A stretch of DNA of 64,000 nt. It comes from Candidatus Xenobia bacterium (GTDB taxonomy: Bacteria; Vulcanimicrobiota; Xenobia; Xenobiales; QWHO01). Below the pieces are notes generated by a model. It had not been told where the DNA came from. It saw only the letters and a list, made by a program, of their open reading frames with translations, and made no database searches. Position numbers and translations under genes: made by a program. Shown here in pieces: positions 37,141-46,668 of the stretch (position 1 is the first letter of the stretch; each line of letters opens with the position of its first letter). The stretch lies in assembly GCA_045863235.1 (NCBI GenBank), contig BTUM01000038.1:1-64000 (forward strand), in the 5' to 3' direction.

Positions 37141-40100
37141 GTTCAGTGAGGGAAGCTCCAACAAATTCTGGGAGATCGACCTTCAGGGAGACAGTTTCGT
37201 GGTGCGCTGGGGGAAGATCGGGACGGCCGGACAGAGCCAGACCAAGAGCTTTGCCAGTGAAGCCAGGGCTCAGCTCGAGCACGACAAGCTGATCGCTGAG
37301 AAGGTGGGGAAGGGGTATCAGGAGACGGGAGGGGCCGCGCCCGGAACCCCTGCCCCCAGAGCTGCTGCCCCGGCCCCGGCCCCCAGAGCTGCTGCTCCGG
37401 CCCCCAAAGCTGCTCCGGTCCAGGCAGCCACGGCGGTGCTGGAGCGACCAGCCTCCGACCAGGGTCTCCACTGGAGCCCCTCGGCTCGTAAACGCATCCT
37501 CCCCTACCAGGGCATGAGCTCGCCTCCGACCGCGCCCAAGACCGATCTGAAGAAGGCCAGGGCTCTGCTGGACGAGTTGCGCAACATCATCACTTCCGTC
37601 GAGGTCAAGCACTTCGATCCGGCCTTCCAGGCGCTGGCCGATCCGGTCAAGGCTCGATTTTCCGACGTGACCGGCCCTCTGCACGAGAATCCCGAGGTGG
37701 AAGCCGGCCTGGCCGTGTGCCTGGCCATGAACGACAACTTCTGGTCCAGGTCCGAGGACGTCGGGACCGCTGCCGTGCACCTGTGGTGCGCCGAACGAGG
37801 GGTGGTCTTTGCCACCCGGGCCCTGGCGGCGACCTTCAGCATGGGGACGGGCTACGCCAGTCCGGGTAACTCTCAGGGAGCCTTCCTGGCTGCCCGCGGC
37901 AACAAGTACGGCTGGGACCGCACCTGCTTTGGCCCGCTCAAGACCCTGCGGGGCCTGCTGGCGGCCAGCTCCCCGGGAGACTACGCCCAGGCTCGGGAGG
38001 CGGTGGCCCCACTGTTCGCGACCGCTCCCAACTTTGTCCGCTGTAATCTGGCTTTTCTCTTTCCGGACCGTGAGGATTGGGCCGAGCAGGCGTTTGACGA
38101 AGGCCCCGAGATCCACAACCTCGTCAACCTGATGGCCAGTTTGCGCGATCCGCTCCGATTGGGGACGATCGCGACCAAACTGGCGGCGGCTCCGGGCTAC
38201 ATCCCCTCGGTTCCGCTCGAAGTGGTTCCGACCATGGTCGACCGGGTGGGCCCACCGGCCTGGAAGACCGTCCACATCCTGTTGAGCGCTGCTGAGAAGG
38301 CTGACAACAAGCGTTTCCTGGCCGACAGCCTGCTGGCCATCCACTGGCCCGAGGTGGCCGAGGTCTTCGCCGGACTGCTCAAGGACAAGGTGCTGGGCGC
38401 GCAGGCCAACGAGTTCTTCCAGGCCGCGCCCGAGGTGGGGCTGCCCGTGCTGGCGGCCCAGAAGTCGAGCGAAGCCCAGGCCCTGGTGCAGCGGTTGGCG
38501 GCCGCCAATCCCGAGGCGGCCAGGGCCGCCCTGGGTCAGGCCGATGGAGCGGCTCAGCGCCAGCTGGAGCAGAAGCTTGCCAGCCAGCAGGCCCAGGCCT
38601 CCGTGCCGGTGGCCCCGGCGAGCGCCCTGCCACCCAGCCTGGCGGCTCCCCCCTGGCTGGGCTCGGGCAGCCAGAAGCTGCCCGTGGTCAAGGGCCTGAG
38701 CGTGCCAGCTGGCCCCGAGGAGGTGCGCTGGGCCCCCGGTGAGCGCGAGAAGGCGCTGGGCAAGCCGGAGGTCCACCACGGCAAGGACGAGGACAAGCTG
38801 TTCGCGCTCTTCGAGGAGTTTCGGGCCAAACAGAAGGGCTGGTTCGTGGAGCGGCTGTTGCAGTTCTCCAATAAGGACCGGGCCGTCAAGATCTGGAGCA
38901 CCTACCCTCCGGATTTCTGGAATCAGTACGACTTGCGAGGGGATGACAACCCCGCGCTGGGCCTGCTGGCCTTTCTGGGGTTGGACGCGGTGGACGGACT
39001 GCTGGGAGTGCTCAAGATGGCACCAGACAATCTCCACGTCGTGCTCTCTCACGTGTCCAGCCCGCGTCTGGCCCAGCTCTTCGCTGAGGCTCTGCAGGGC
39101 AAGAAGCAGAAGGTTGTGGCCCAGCAGTGGTTGACCCGCAACGTCCGCGTCGCCTCGCTGGGGCTCGTCCCCATCGCCGTCGGGCCGCACGGGAAAGCCC
39201 GCCAGACGGCCGAGAACGCTTTGCGTTACCTGGCCAGCAAGGGCCACAGGGACATGGTGTTGCACGTGGCCAACCAGGAGTTCGGCGCCGAGGCCCGCGA
39301 GGCGGTCAGCGTGGTGCTGGCCAGCGATCCGCGCCTGGCTCCCGGAATCAAGCTCCCGGCCAGGCCTGCCTGGCTCGAGCCGGCCGCTCTGCCGCCCGTG
39401 CAGTTGAAGGCGGGTGGGCGCCTGAGTCCGGAAGCGGTGGGACACCTGCTGACCATGCTCAGCCTGTCCACTCTGGAGGACCCGCTTCCCTGCCTGGCCG
39501 AGGTCCACGAAGGCTGTACCCGGGCGTCCTTGAGCGAGTTTGCCTGGGAGCTCTTCAGCGCCTGGCTCAACAGCGGGGGACCGAGCAAGGACGCGTGGGC
39601 TTACAACGCTCTGGGCCTCATTGGAGGGGATGAAGCCGCTCGCAGGCTGACGCCGATGCTTCGCAAGTGGCCTGGCGAGGGCTTCAGCTCGCGCGCCGCC
39701 GATGGGCTCGAGGTGCTGGCCGCGATCGGCAGCGACCTGGCCCTGATGCACCTCAACTCGCTGGCCGAGAAGCTGCGTTTCAAAGCGCTGCAGGACAAAG
39801 CCCGAGCCAAGATCACCGCCCTGGCCGAGGAGCGCGGCCTGACGGTGGAAGAGCTGGCCGACCGCCTGGCCCCCGACCTCGACCTGGAAGCGGACGGTTC
39901 GCGCAAGCTCGATTTCGGTCCGCGCCACTTCCGGGTGGGCTTCGATGAGCAGTTGCGTCCCTTCGTCTTGGATGAAGCGGGCAAGCGGCAAAGCGACCTG
40001 CCCAAGCCAGGCAAGGCCGACGACTCGGCCCTTGCCTCCGAAGCTCAGGAAGTCTGGAAGGCGCTCAAGAAGGATGTCAAGGCGGTCGCCTCCTCGCAAC

Positions 40101-40753
40101 TGACGCGCCTGGAGGTGGCTCTGATGCGACGTCGGCGCTGGAGCGTCGAGAACTTCCGGATGTTCATGGTGGAGCACCCGCTGGTGTTCCACCTGGCCCG
40201 GCGTCTGGTGTGGGGCAGCTACGACGAGTCCGGAAAGCTGACCGGAGCCTTCCGGGTGGCCGAGGATCGCAGCCTGGCAGACTTGAAGGATCGCCCGTTC
40301 GAGCCGGGCGCCAGGGTGGGGCTGGTGCACCCGCTGGAGCTGACCGAGGAGACCATCGGGGCCTGGGCCCGGCTGCTGGGCGACTACGAGTTGCTGCAAC
40401 CCTTCCCGCAGCTGGGACGGCCAGTGTTCCGCCCCACCCCGGCCGAAGCCCGTTCCAACGAGCTGACCCGCTTTGCTGACCGGAAGGTCAAGTCGGGCTC
40501 GGTGCTGGGCCTGGAGAACCGCGGCTGGCGCCGGGGCTACGTCGAGAGCGGTGTGGTGACCGAGCTGATCTGGCCGACCGAGCTGGGCGACGCGCGCCTG
40601 GAGCTCGATCCGGGCGTCTACCTGCCCGAGCCGCCCGTGAACCCGATCCAGAGCGTGGCGCTCAAACTGCCGGGCGAACACCGGATCTCCGAGCTCGACC
40701 CGGTGACCTTCAGCGAGCTGGCCATGGCCATCGACCAGCTGGCCCAGGCGTAA
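37127..40753 (+). CDS. WGR-domain + DUF4132 protein (MolR-like)
   Basis: SNKFWEI..VRWGKIGTAGQ..K...GY (WGR); C-terminal LADRLAPDLDL, HPL..HLARRLVW, QPFPQLGR (DUF4132-like). Confidence 0.88.
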   Translation: MRHFEFSEGSSNKFWEIDLQGDSFVVRWGKIGTAGQSQTKSFASEARAQLEHDKLIAEKVGKGYQETGGAAPGTPAPRAAAPAPAPRAAAPAPKAAPVQAATAVLERPASDQGLHWSPSARKRILPYQGMSSPPTAPKTDLKKARALLDELRNIITSVEVKHFDPAFQALADPVKARFSDVTGPLHENPEVEAGLAVCLAMNDNFWSRSEDVGTAAVHLWCAERGVVFATRALAATFSMGTGYASPGNSQGAFLAARGNKYGWDRTCFGPLKTLRGLLAASSPGDYAQAREAVAPLFATAPNFVRCNLAFLFPDREDWAEQAFDEGPEIHNLVNLMASLRDPLRLGTIATKLAAAPGYIPSVPLEVVPTMVDRVGPPAWKTVHILLSAAEKADNKRFLADSLLAIHWPEVAEVFAGLLKDKVLGAQANEFFQAAPEVGLPVLAAQKSSEAQALVQRLAAANPEAARAALGQADGAAQRQLEQKLASQQAQASVPVAPASALPPSLAAPPWLGSGSQKLPVVKGLSVPAGPEEVRWAPGEREKALGKPEVHHGKDEDKLFALFEEFRAKQKGWFVERLLQFSNKDRAVKIWSTYPPDFWNQYDLRGDDNPALGLLAFLGLDAVDGLLGVLKMAPDNLHVVLSHVSSPRLAQLFAEALQGKKQKVVAQQWLTRNVRVASLGLVPIAVGPHGKARQTAENALRYLASKGHRDMVLHVANQEFGAEAREAVSVVLASDPRLAPGIKLPARPAWLEPAALPPVQLKAGGRLSPEAVGHLLTMLSLSTLEDPLPCLAEVHEGCTRASLSEFAWELFSAWLNSGGPSKDAWAYNALGLIGGDEAARRLTPMLRKWPGEGFSSRAADGLEVLAAIGSDLALMHLNSLAEKLRFKALQDKARAKITALAEERGLTVEELADRLAPDLDLEADGSRKLDFGPRHFRVGFDEQLRPFVLDEAGKRQSDLPKPGKADDSALASEAQEVWKALKKDVKAVASSQLTRLEVALMRRRRWSVENFRMFMVEHPLVFHLARRLVWGSYDESGKLTGAFRVAEDRSLADLKDRPFEPGARVGLVHPLELTEETIGAWARLLGDYELLQPFPQLGRPVFRPTPAEARSNELTRFADRKVKSGSVLGLENRGWRRGYVESGVVTELIWPTELGDARLELDPGVYLPEPPVNPIQSVALKLPGEHRISELDPVTFSELAMAIDQLAQA

Positions 40754-40863
40754 GGCGTCGGGTCGCTCGGACTTGCCGGTCCGGGCGACCCGCCGCCCTC
40801 GCGCAGGAATGCGGGGCCCGCCCCCTCGAAAGCTGATTCGTCACGAACGAAAGGGGCGCACCA

Positions 40864-42093
40864 ATGCGAAAACGACTTGGCGTTGTCGGAGTTGGCTCGG
40901 CGGGCGTTCTCAGCCTGATTCACTTCTGCACCTGGCTCAACAACGATTGGGAGATCGTTTCGATCTACGACCCCAACAAGAAGATCCTGGGCATCGGCGA
41001 GAGCACCAACGGCGGATTCGTGGGCCTGCTCGAGAAGGGCACCCACTTCGCGCTGGGCCACCCCAAGGACCTTGACGCCCTGGATGCCACCCTCAAGTTC
41101 GGCAGCCGCTTCGTGAACTGGCGCGAGCACTCATGGGTCAACCCTCTGCTTGACGGCAACACGGCCATCCACTTCAACAACTTCTTCTTCAAGGACTTTG
41201 CCTTCGAGCGCCTGCGCAAGCTGTGGCCCAAGAAGTTCACCGTGCTCGAGGGCAACGTCTCCAGCATGGTCAACCACGAGGACCGGGTCACCCTGACCGT
41301 GGACGGATCCGACCACGACTTTGACTACGTGCTCGACTGCATGGGCTTTCCGCCTGATTTCGAGGGTTACCACATCAGCGACTGCTCGCCGGTGAACCAC
41401 TGCCTGATCCACAGCCAGCTGCCCGGCGAGTTCACCTACGAGCCTTACACCGACCACATCGCTCACGAGAACGGCTGGATGTTCGGCGTGCCGCTGCAGT
41501 CGCGCAAGACCTTCGGCTACATGTTCAACAATAAGATCACCGACAAGGCTGAGGCCGAAGCGGATATGATGCGCATTCTCAAGACGCAGAAGATCGACGG
41601 CGAGGTGGGCCGTGGCATCAAGACGCCCGAATACGTCTTCAGCTGCTACTACGCCAAGCAGATGATCGACGGGCGCATCGGCAAGAACGGCAACAAAGCG
41701 CTCTTCTTCGAGCCCCTGATCGCCAACTCCATTTTCATCTATATCTACACCGCCCGCCTGTTCTACGATTACGTCAACGGGGTGGCCAACCACATCGACA
41801 TCAACCGCGCCTTCGTCAAGGCTGTGCAAGAGATGGAAGACGTGATCACTTACTACTACCAGGGCGGCTCCCTCTACGACTCGGAGTTCTGGCGCTACGC
41901 CGTGCCGGCCGCCAAGAAGCGCTTGGAGACGAGAGGCGAGTTCAAGCAGCTCATGGCTTTGTTCCGCAACCTGAAGAACCAGGGCATCCTGCACCACGGG
42001 CCCACCTATGCCTTCCAACCGCTGACCTGGGAGATCGTGGACGAGGCTCTGGGCTACGGCTTCATCGAGGAGAAGCAGAAGGCCGCGGTCTAA
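40864..42093 (+). CDS. Flavin-dependent halogenase-like protein (tryptophan halogenase family, short form)
   Basis: GVGSAG, IGEST, ATLKFG (catalytic Lys position), GWMFGVPL (WxWxIP variant), FFEPL. Confidence 0.75.
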   Translation: MRKRLGVVGVGSAGVLSLIHFCTWLNNDWEIVSIYDPNKKILGIGESTNGGFVGLLEKGTHFALGHPKDLDALDATLKFGSRFVNWREHSWVNPLLDGNTAIHFNNFFFKDFAFERLRKLWPKKFTVLEGNVSSMVNHEDRVTLTVDGSDHDFDYVLDCMGFPPDFEGYHISDCSPVNHCLIHSQLPGEFTYEPYTDHIAHENGWMFGVPLQSRKTFGYMFNNKITDKAEAEADMMRILKTQKIDGEVGRGIKTPEYVFSCYYAKQMIDGRIGKNGNKALFFEPLIANSIFIYIYTARLFYDYVNGVANHIDINRAFVKAVQEMEDVITYYYQGGSLYDSEFWRYAVPAAKKRLETRGEFKQLMALFRNLKNQGILHHGPTYAFQPLTWEIVDEALGYGFIEEKQKAAV

Positions 42094-42114
42094 ACTCTGC
42101 CACGAAACGAAGCC

Positions 42115-42148
42115 AGAGGGTCCCGGGCCGCACGGTCCGGGACCCTTT
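42115..42148. terminator. Hairpin terminator between convergent genes
   Basis: AGGGTCCCGG...CCGGGACCCT stem followed by Ts. Confidence 0.6.
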
Positions 42149-42152
42149 GATC

Positions 42153-43505
42153 TCAGGAGGTGGCGCGCGGCCCGGGGGAAGGCCGCCAGGCTTCGTTGAG
42201 GCGGTGGGGCAACTGCTCCAGGGCCCGCACGCACGAGCCGTCCTCGCGGCGGCGCACCAGCTCGACCCCTTCCGGGCTCAGCATGACCACCGCGGGCCGC
42301 AGCTGGATGAACTGCATCGACTGAGAGAAGTTGTACGCGCCCACCTTGCGGATCAGCACCGGATCGCCGCGCCGCAAGGGGGGCAGCGACACTCCCAGTT
42401 GCAGGCAGTCGATCTGCATGCACAAAGGTCCGAACACGTCCACTTCTTCCAGCAGCCCGCCCGAGTCCACCCCGGGCACGATCTCGTGGCGATACCAGGC
42501 CGAGGTGTAGAGCAGGTTGACGCCCGCGTCCAGCACCAGCGCCCGCCGGCCTTCACCGCGCCGCCGGTTGGAGAGCACCCGGCAACCCAGGTGCATGGCC
42601 TCATCCACCAGCGAGCGGCCCGGCTCGAGGAACAGGGTGGGCAGGTCGAGCTCGGAGCTGAGCAGGCGCGAGCAGATCTCCTCGGCGTACTGCTCAAACG
42701 AGGGGCAGGCATACTCGGCCGGCATCCAGGAGCCGTGGAGCACATTCTTGCTCGCAAAGCCTCCGCCCAGGTCGAGCCACTCGATCTTCACCCCGAAGTC
42801 GCTCTTGAGCTTCTGCAGGAAGGGGATCAGCTTGCCCAGCGCCTTGCCGTAAACGCTCGGGTCGGTGAGGTAGGTGCCCAGGTGGCAGTGGATCCCCTTG
42901 AGCTCGAGGTGGGCGCTTGAAGCCAGCCAGCGCACCGCCTCCAGGGCCTGGCCCGACTCGAGGTTGAAGCCGAATCGGTCCCAGGGCTGGGAGTTGACCT
43001 GAAGATTGATGCGGATGCCCATGGGGGTGCGCCGGGTGGCCAGGCTCTCCATCTCCGAGAGCTCCTCCAGGCAGTCGGCGTGGATGCGGGCGCCCTCCTC
43101 CATGGCCCGGCGCAACTCTTCCTTGCGCTTGCAGGGGCCGTTGAACACGATGCGCTCGCCCGGCACGCCCAGCGTGCGGGCGTGGTCATACTCGAAGCCC
43201 GAGACCACCTCGGCCCAGGCTCCCTCCTGGTGCAGGATCGAGCACACCGAGGAGAGGTAGTTGGTCTTGTAGGAGTAGGCGATCACCGTGCGCGGATAGC
43301 GCCGGCTGAAAGCTTCCTGCAGGCGTCGATAGCTGTCGCGCAGGGTGGCTTCACTGAGGAGCCAGAGGGGCGAGCCGAACTCCTCGAGCAGCATGGTCAG
43401 GGCCCGGCCCTCGACGTGGGTCTGAGGGCGGGTGGAGTGGCTGCGGCCGAACTGGTTCATGACTCCCACCGCGTGTCGGGTGATGCTGGGGCGCTCATAA
43501 CTCAT
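42153..43505 (-). CDS. PLP-dependent group IV decarboxylase (LysA/ODC fold)
   Basis: YSYKTN (PLP Lys), FNGPCK, HCHLGT, DLGGGF, EPGRSLV, GPLCMQID, GAYNFSQS. Confidence 0.88.
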   Translation of the reverse strand: MSYERPSITRHAVGVMNQFGRSHSTRPQTHVEGRALTMLLEEFGSPLWLLSEATLRDSYRRLQEAFSRRYPRTVIAYSYKTNYLSSVCSILHQEGAWAEVVSGFEYDHARTLGVPGERIVFNGPCKRKEELRRAMEEGARIHADCLEELSEMESLATRRTPMGIRINLQVNSQPWDRFGFNLESGQALEAVRWLASSAHLELKGIHCHLGTYLTDPSVYGKALGKLIPFLQKLKSDFGVKIEWLDLGGGFASKNVLHGSWMPAEYACPSFEQYAEEICSRLLSSELDLPTLFLEPGRSLVDEAMHLGCRVLSNRRRGEGRRALVLDAGVNLLYTSAWYRHEIVPGVDSGGLLEEVDVFGPLCMQIDCLQLGVSLPPLRRGDPVLIRKVGAYNFSQSMQFIQLRPAVVMLSPEGVELVRRREDGSCVRALEQLPHRLNEAWRPSPGPRATS

Positions 43506-44548
43506 GGCGTCAGGAGCTCTCCTTTCATAGTGAGGCTTTCCAGGTTTTGCAGGGGACAGACCACGTCCACCGAGTGGCGCACGAAGGTCAGTCCGGTCTG
43601 GTAATTGCCGGCTGGCTCGGGCTCGACGCCCAGGGCCACCTCGGCCACCCGGGCAGGCAGGTTGAGGCCGCAGGCGGCCGCCAGGTAGACCCAGGAGGGG
43701 AAGCGCGGATTGATCTCGATCAGCCGGAAGGTGTTGTCCTTCTCGCTGAGCAGGAACTCGAACTCGAGCGGACCCACCCAGCTCAGGTCCTTGAGGGCCT
43801 TCTCGGTCAGCTCGAGCAGACGCGGATGGCAGACCGACACGCCGGCCCAGGCGGTGCCCTTGGGGGTCACGCGCAACTTGCGCATGGCCACCATTCCCAG
43901 GGAATCGCCCTGGCGGTCGGCGGCTGCCACCACGTCGTACTCTTCGCCCGCGTAGTGGCGTTGCAGCACCACCGGCGAGCCCCACTGGCGCTCGATCTCG
44001 CGAAAGCGCACCCGCGCTTCCTCCAGGCTGTGGGCCAGCACGGCGCCGTGAAACAGGCCCTTGACCACGATGGGCAGACCGAGCTTTTGAACGGCGCCGG
44101 GGAGTGCTTCGACGCTGAAGGCCACCTCGGTCTCCGGGTGGGGCAGGTCGTGCTCTTCGCAGAACCTGGCCAGGTTGGCCTTGGAGCGCAGGGCCAGCAC
44201 CTCGGGGCGAGGCAGCAAGGTGGCGATCCCCATCTCGTTGAGTCGGCGGCTGAGCGAGCAGAAGGCCATCAGCTCCGAGTCCAGGGTGGGCAGAATCAGG
44301 TCGAGCGGGGTGCGCCGGTGGACCTCCTCCAGGCGCTGCATCAGGGCCAGCTCGCCTTCGCTGGGGTAGGGAAGGAGGAACGCCTCGTTGAGCAGCCCGC
44401 GGCTGTGGATGCCAGTATCCAGGGCGTCGTAGCCCAGCCCCACCACCCGGATCTCGGGGAACATCTTGCGCAGGCAGCGGGCCACGGCCAGCCCGGGAGC
44501 GGGGTTGTCGGCCGAATTGAGGCCGGTGACGGCGATGGTTACGTGCAC
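43502..44548 (-). CDS. ATP-grasp ligase
   Basis: PIVVKG, LQRHYAGEEYDV, EFEF, LIEINPRFPSW. Confidence 0.85.
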   Translation of the reverse strand: MHVTIAVTGLNSADNPAPGLAVARCLRKMFPEIRVVGLGYDALDTGIHSRGLLNEAFLLPYPSEGELALMQRLEEVHRRTPLDLILPTLDSELMAFCSLSRRLNEMGIATLLPRPEVLALRSKANLARFCEEHDLPHPETEVAFSVEALPGAVQKLGLPIVVKGLFHGAVLAHSLEEARVRFREIERQWGSPVVLQRHYAGEEYDVVAAADRQGDSLGMVAMRKLRVTPKGTAWAGVSVCHPRLLELTEKALKDLSWVGPLEFEFLLSEKDNTFRLIEINPRFPSWVYLAAACGLNLPARVAEVALGVEPEPAGNYQTGLTFVRHSVDVVCPLQNLESLTMKGELLTP

Positions 44549-44808
44549 GGGGCACCTCCAAGTCCGAGTCGCTCCAGGTTGTCCAGGAAGTAGCCCACGT
44601 CCACCGCCGCTACCTCGGGCGCCAGTCCGAAGTGCTGAGCGAACTGCAGGGTCAGAAGGTCGGGCGGAGTTCCGTTGCGGATCCCGTCATAGAGGAAGCG
44701 GCCCGAGTCATTGAGCACGTAAGTGTGCCCGGTCTGGGGCTCGAACAAGAAGCCCGTCTCTGCTGCGGGGGGGAGGCTCTGCTGTTGCCAGCCGGAGAGC
44801 TGCTTCAT
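44539..44808 (-). CDS. PqqD-family / RiPP recognition element protein
   Basis: 89 aa; GFLFEPQTGHTYVLNDSGRFLY...L...F....E....DV..FL..L...G pattern. Confidence 0.82.
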   Translation of the reverse strand: MKQLSGWQQQSLPPAAETGFLFEPQTGHTYVLNDSGRFLYDGIRNGTPPDLLTLQFAQHFGLAPEVAAVDVGYFLDNLERLGLGGAPCT

Positions 44809-45197
44809 TTCGAGGCCCTCGTGATGGCGCCGGCGTGGTAGGCGCGCATGCCTTCCATGTGGTAGCCGTTCAGCTTGCACCAGCTGCATTTGGTGGGACA
44901 GCTCGAGCGGCTGACGCGGCGGTCCCAGAGGGCCATCTCGTAGCGACCGCCCGGAGTCAGGCTGACCCGGAACACTTCCTGCAGCGAGCCCGCCTGCACC
45001 TGACGGACCTGGTGCCAGCCCTTGGAGTCGGTGGGGCTGTAGACCGAGATCCCGATCCAGCCCGTCTTCTCGCAGTTTCCGGTGACGGTGAGCGAGGTGG
45101 TGGTGAGCCGGGCGGTCAGCGATTCGCGGCTGGCCGCCGTGGCCATCAGGGTACTGGCCAGCAGCACCGCTGCCAGCATCAAGGATTTTCTTGTCAT
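44805..45197 (-). CDS. Small secreted protein with Cys motif
   Basis: Signal peptide MTRKSLMLAAVLLASTLMATA; CPTKCSWC near the C-terminus; ATGA-coupled on both sides. Confidence 0.72.
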   Translation of the reverse strand: MTRKSLMLAAVLLASTLMATAASRESLTARLTTTSLTVTGNCEKTGWIGISVYSPTDSKGWHQVRQVQAGSLQEVFRVSLTPGGRYEMALWDRRVSRSSCPTKCSWCKLNGYHMEGMRAYHAGAITRASK

Positions 45198-46495
45198 GCC
45201 GTCCTCCTGATTCGTTGGCCAGCCTCCGGACGGCCCGTGCGGACCGGCCGGCGCTCGACCTGGTAGTCTTGAAAGCGGGTGGGAAGGGTGGGGGCCCCGG
45301 GCCAGGGCTCGGCCTGGAGCTGGATGTGCAGGTGGGGCTCGCAGGAGTAGCCCGAGTTGCCGCAGCGTCCCAGCAGTTGGCCGCGCTCGACCCGCTGGCC
45401 CAACTCCACCACCAGGCTGCCCTGGCGGAAGTGGCTCAGCTCGGTGTAGAGCCCGTTGCCGTGCGAGAGCACCACCAGGTTGCCCCAGTTGGCGAAGACG
45501 TTGGGCTGGCCGGGCGGATTGTCGGGCACGTCGTTGACCAGGGCCACCACCACCCCGGCCGCGGGTGCGGCCACGGGCAGGTCGTAGCAGTAGTAGTCCT
45601 GCAAGGAGAGGCCGCTGCCGCGGTGGCTGCGCCCGGCCGAGTCGAGCACGATGAAGTCCCAGGCCTCGTTCCAGGGGCCCACGTGGGTCCAGCCGCCGTC
45701 GGGGGGCTGGCACACCGTCCACTCACCCCAGAAGGGCAAGGTCCAGGGCACCTGACGCCACCAGGGGGCAGAGTAGCGAGCCCAGCGCGCCTCGGGGGTC
45801 TCGAGTTGGAGCACCTTGCGCTTGCCGGCCAGGGCGGCCACCAGGTGCAGGGGCAGCACGAAGACAGGCAGCGCCAGCCAGGCCAGGGCGCTGGCCACCA
45901 GGCCGCTCAGGGCCGCACCCGCCAGCGCTCGGGCCAGGGTGGCCAGACCGGGGGGCGCGAACACCCCGCCCAGCACCACGGCCGTCAGACCGCCGTTGAA
46001 GAGGGCCTCGGGCCGTGAGCTGACCGCGGCGGCGGTCAGGCCCCCCAGCAGCAAGAGAAAAGCGAAGTAGCGGCTGGTCAGGGCTACGGCCAGCAGGCAG
46101 ACCAGTGCCGAGGGCAGGTCGGGACGGAAGACCACCGCCCCCAGAGGGGTCAACAGGTGGTCGCCCAGGGGGGGAGCGGCCGGGGGGCCGAGCAGGAACC
46201 AGGCCGGGTAGGCCACCAGCAGAAAGCCCCAGGCCATGGTGAGGTGGGGGAGGAGCAGGCGCAGACCGATCAGGGCCAGAGCCAGCCACGGCAGGGGCCA
46301 TCCGGCCCAGCCCCAGAGCAGTCCGAGCAGGATGGAGTTGCAGGCGGCGACAGGGCCGCGGGGGGCGGCCAGGCCAGCGGCCAGACCGATCAGGCCGGGG
46401 GCCGGGTCGAGCAGGGTCAGGGCCAGCAGGGCTGCTCCGCTGGCGGGGCGATCGGCCCCCAGAATCAGCCCGTAGCCACGCAGCAGGGTTTGCAT
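45194..46495 (-). CDS. Urea-transporter-like membrane domain fused to M23 peptidase
   Basis: LLRGYGLIL, CNSILLGL, GAVVF, FNGGL (UT-like); C-terminal APAAGVVV, WGNLVVLSH, ELSHF, GNSGYSCEPHLHIQ (M23). Confidence 0.8.
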   Translation of the reverse strand: MQTLLRGYGLILGADRPASGAALLALTLLDPAPGLIGLAAGLAAPRGPVAACNSILLGLLWGWAGWPLPWLALALIGLRLLLPHLTMAWGFLLVAYPAWFLLGPPAAPPLGDHLLTPLGAVVFRPDLPSALVCLLAVALTSRYFAFLLLLGGLTAAAVSSRPEALFNGGLTAVVLGGVFAPPGLATLARALAGAALSGLVASALAWLALPVFVLPLHLVAALAGKRKVLQLETPEARWARYSAPWWRQVPWTLPFWGEWTVCQPPDGGWTHVGPWNEAWDFIVLDSAGRSHRGSGLSLQDYYCYDLPVAAPAAGVVVALVNDVPDNPPGQPNVFANWGNLVVLSHGNGLYTELSHFRQGSLVVELGQRVERGQLLGRCGNSGYSCEPHLHIQLQAEPWPGAPTLPTRFQDYQVERRPVRTGRPEAGQRIRRTA

Positions 46496-46611
46496 GCTCT
46501 GAGCTTAGCGCTCGGAGGTTTCGGGCCGACCCGCAAATGTATCGAAATCGTAGCAGACCTTTTTGCCTATCCTTCGGGGGCGCCTGTCGGCGCCGGCTTC
46601 AGGCCACCCTC

Positions 46612-46668
46612 TTTGGAGTCGAGCACCAGCGCCTCTTCGTCCTGCTGCAGGTCGAGCCGTTTGAGGGC
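46612..46668 (-). pseudogene. Fragment paralogous to the 47223-47960 gene
   Basis: Encodes ALKRLDLQQDEEALVLDSK versus ALKRLDLQQDDEALVLDSK at 47310-47366. Confidence 0.65.

Noticed and set aside
37340..37420. Tandem GC-rich repeats
   Set aside because: They simply encode the PAPRAAA linker between WGR and the rest of the protein.
37073..40681. 1202-aa minus-strand ORF and similar long antisense ORFs (e.g. 23198-25234, 25068-26897, 55280-57796)
   Set aside because: Shadow ORFs of high-GC3 genes on the opposite strand, with no motifs or plausible composition.
42153..43505. Assigning the symbol lysA
   Set aside because: The substrate loop CMQID differs from LysA and the operon context is not lysine biosynthesis.
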